The notes beneath the pieces were generated by a model. It was given only the letters and a program-made list of their open reading frames with translations, was not told the origin of the DNA and did no database searches. Source: Leucoraja ocellata (lineage: Eukaryota). Taken from it: a DNA stretch of 64,000 bases. Shown in pieces: positions 63,120 to 64,000 of the stretch. A program made the translations under genes and the position numbers. The stretch spans positions 2,604,001-2,668,000 of the forward strand of contig JAWMAR010000175.1 of assembly GCA_036785375.1 (NCBI GenBank), given 5' to 3'. Numbering within the stretch: position 1 is the first letter of the stretch; each line of letters opens with the position of its first letter.

Positions 63120-64000
63120 CAGTGATGACCCCTTCTCCCGTCTCCACTGCCCCCTCCCCCCCTGCTCTTGGACACCCCAGAACGGTCTTCAACCCTCTCT
63201 AGACCTCTTTATTTCTAACTGCCGGCGTGGCATCAACCGTCTCAACTTTTCCACTCCCCTTACCTACTCTAACCTCACTCCTTCTCAACGTACAGCCCTT
63301 CGTTTACTCTTCAGCAATCCCCGACAATATAATCAAACCCGCCGACAAGGGAGGTGCCGCGGTAGTCAGGCACGCTGACCTCTACCAGGCTGAGGCCAGG
63401 CGACAACTCTCAGACACCTCCTTCCGACTTATCCTTGGATCCATGATCCCACAATGAGTACCAGGTCTCACTCACAAACACCATTACTGATTTCATCACT
63501 TTTGGCTGTCGACTTTCACAGCCTCTAACATTATCGTTTCCCAACCCATTTTTACCTGCTCCCCAAATCCGCAAACACAACTACCCTAGCAGACCCATTA
63601 TTTTTGCCTGTTCCTGTCCACGTACCTCGACTCCATCCATTCTCCAGGTCCAATCTATCCTGACCTATGTCCAAGATACCTCATATGAGCCCCCACTCCC
63701 TCATCTTTACTATGGATGTTGTCACTATATCCCTCACCAGGAGGGCTTTAAAACCCTCTGTTTCTTCCTCGACTGCAGAACCATCCAATCTCCCACTACT
63801 AACACTCTAATCCGCTTAGTGGAGCTGGCCCTCACCCTCAACAACTTCTCCTTTGACTCCTCCCACTTCCTCCAAGCCCAAGGCGTAGCTATGGGCGCCC
63901 ACATGAGCCCCAGCTATGCCTGCCTCTTTGTAGGGTACGTTGAACAATCCCTGTTCCAGGTGTACACAAACCCTATCCCCAAACTCTATCGCCGTTACAT
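63120..64000 (+). mobile_element. Penelope-like RT region (decayed, runs off the window)
   Basis: LDLFISNCRR, IKPADKGGA.VV, FYLLPKI.K...RPI, LTLNNFSF, GVAMG..MSPSYACLFVGYVE. Confidence 0.85.

Overview
Repeat-dense vertebrate genomic DNA, most likely a cartilaginous fish (skate, ray or shark). That assignment is inferred from the repeat complement: V-SINE/HE1-like SINEs, CR1, Rex1/Babar, Penelope, Vingi/Ingi and Tx1. Nearly all ORF-track entries are decayed transposon fragments or spurious. The only plausible host-gene piece is a 49-nt signal-peptide first coding exon on the minus strand (47101-47053); if real, the 47 kb to its left is intron. Highlights: (1) a full-length, TSD-bounded Vingi/Ingi-like LINE (7294-11276) whose first 74 nt fold into a complete HDV-like self-cleaving ribozyme with a core nearly identical to the mammalian CPEB3 ribozyme; (2) many Penelope-associated minimal hammerhead motifs, some in TSD-flanked fold-back insertions; (3) three non-autonomous Helitrons carrying minisatellites; (4) a diverged family of GC-rich, non-tRNA, non-coding retroposons with Rex1-like tails and covarying hairpins; (5) a Harbinger-like MITE family; (6) a Tx1/L1 copy with a twin-priming-type 5' inversion; (7) hAT and BEL/Pao relics. 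Family names come from motif recognition without database searches, and TE boundaries without TSDs are approximate.
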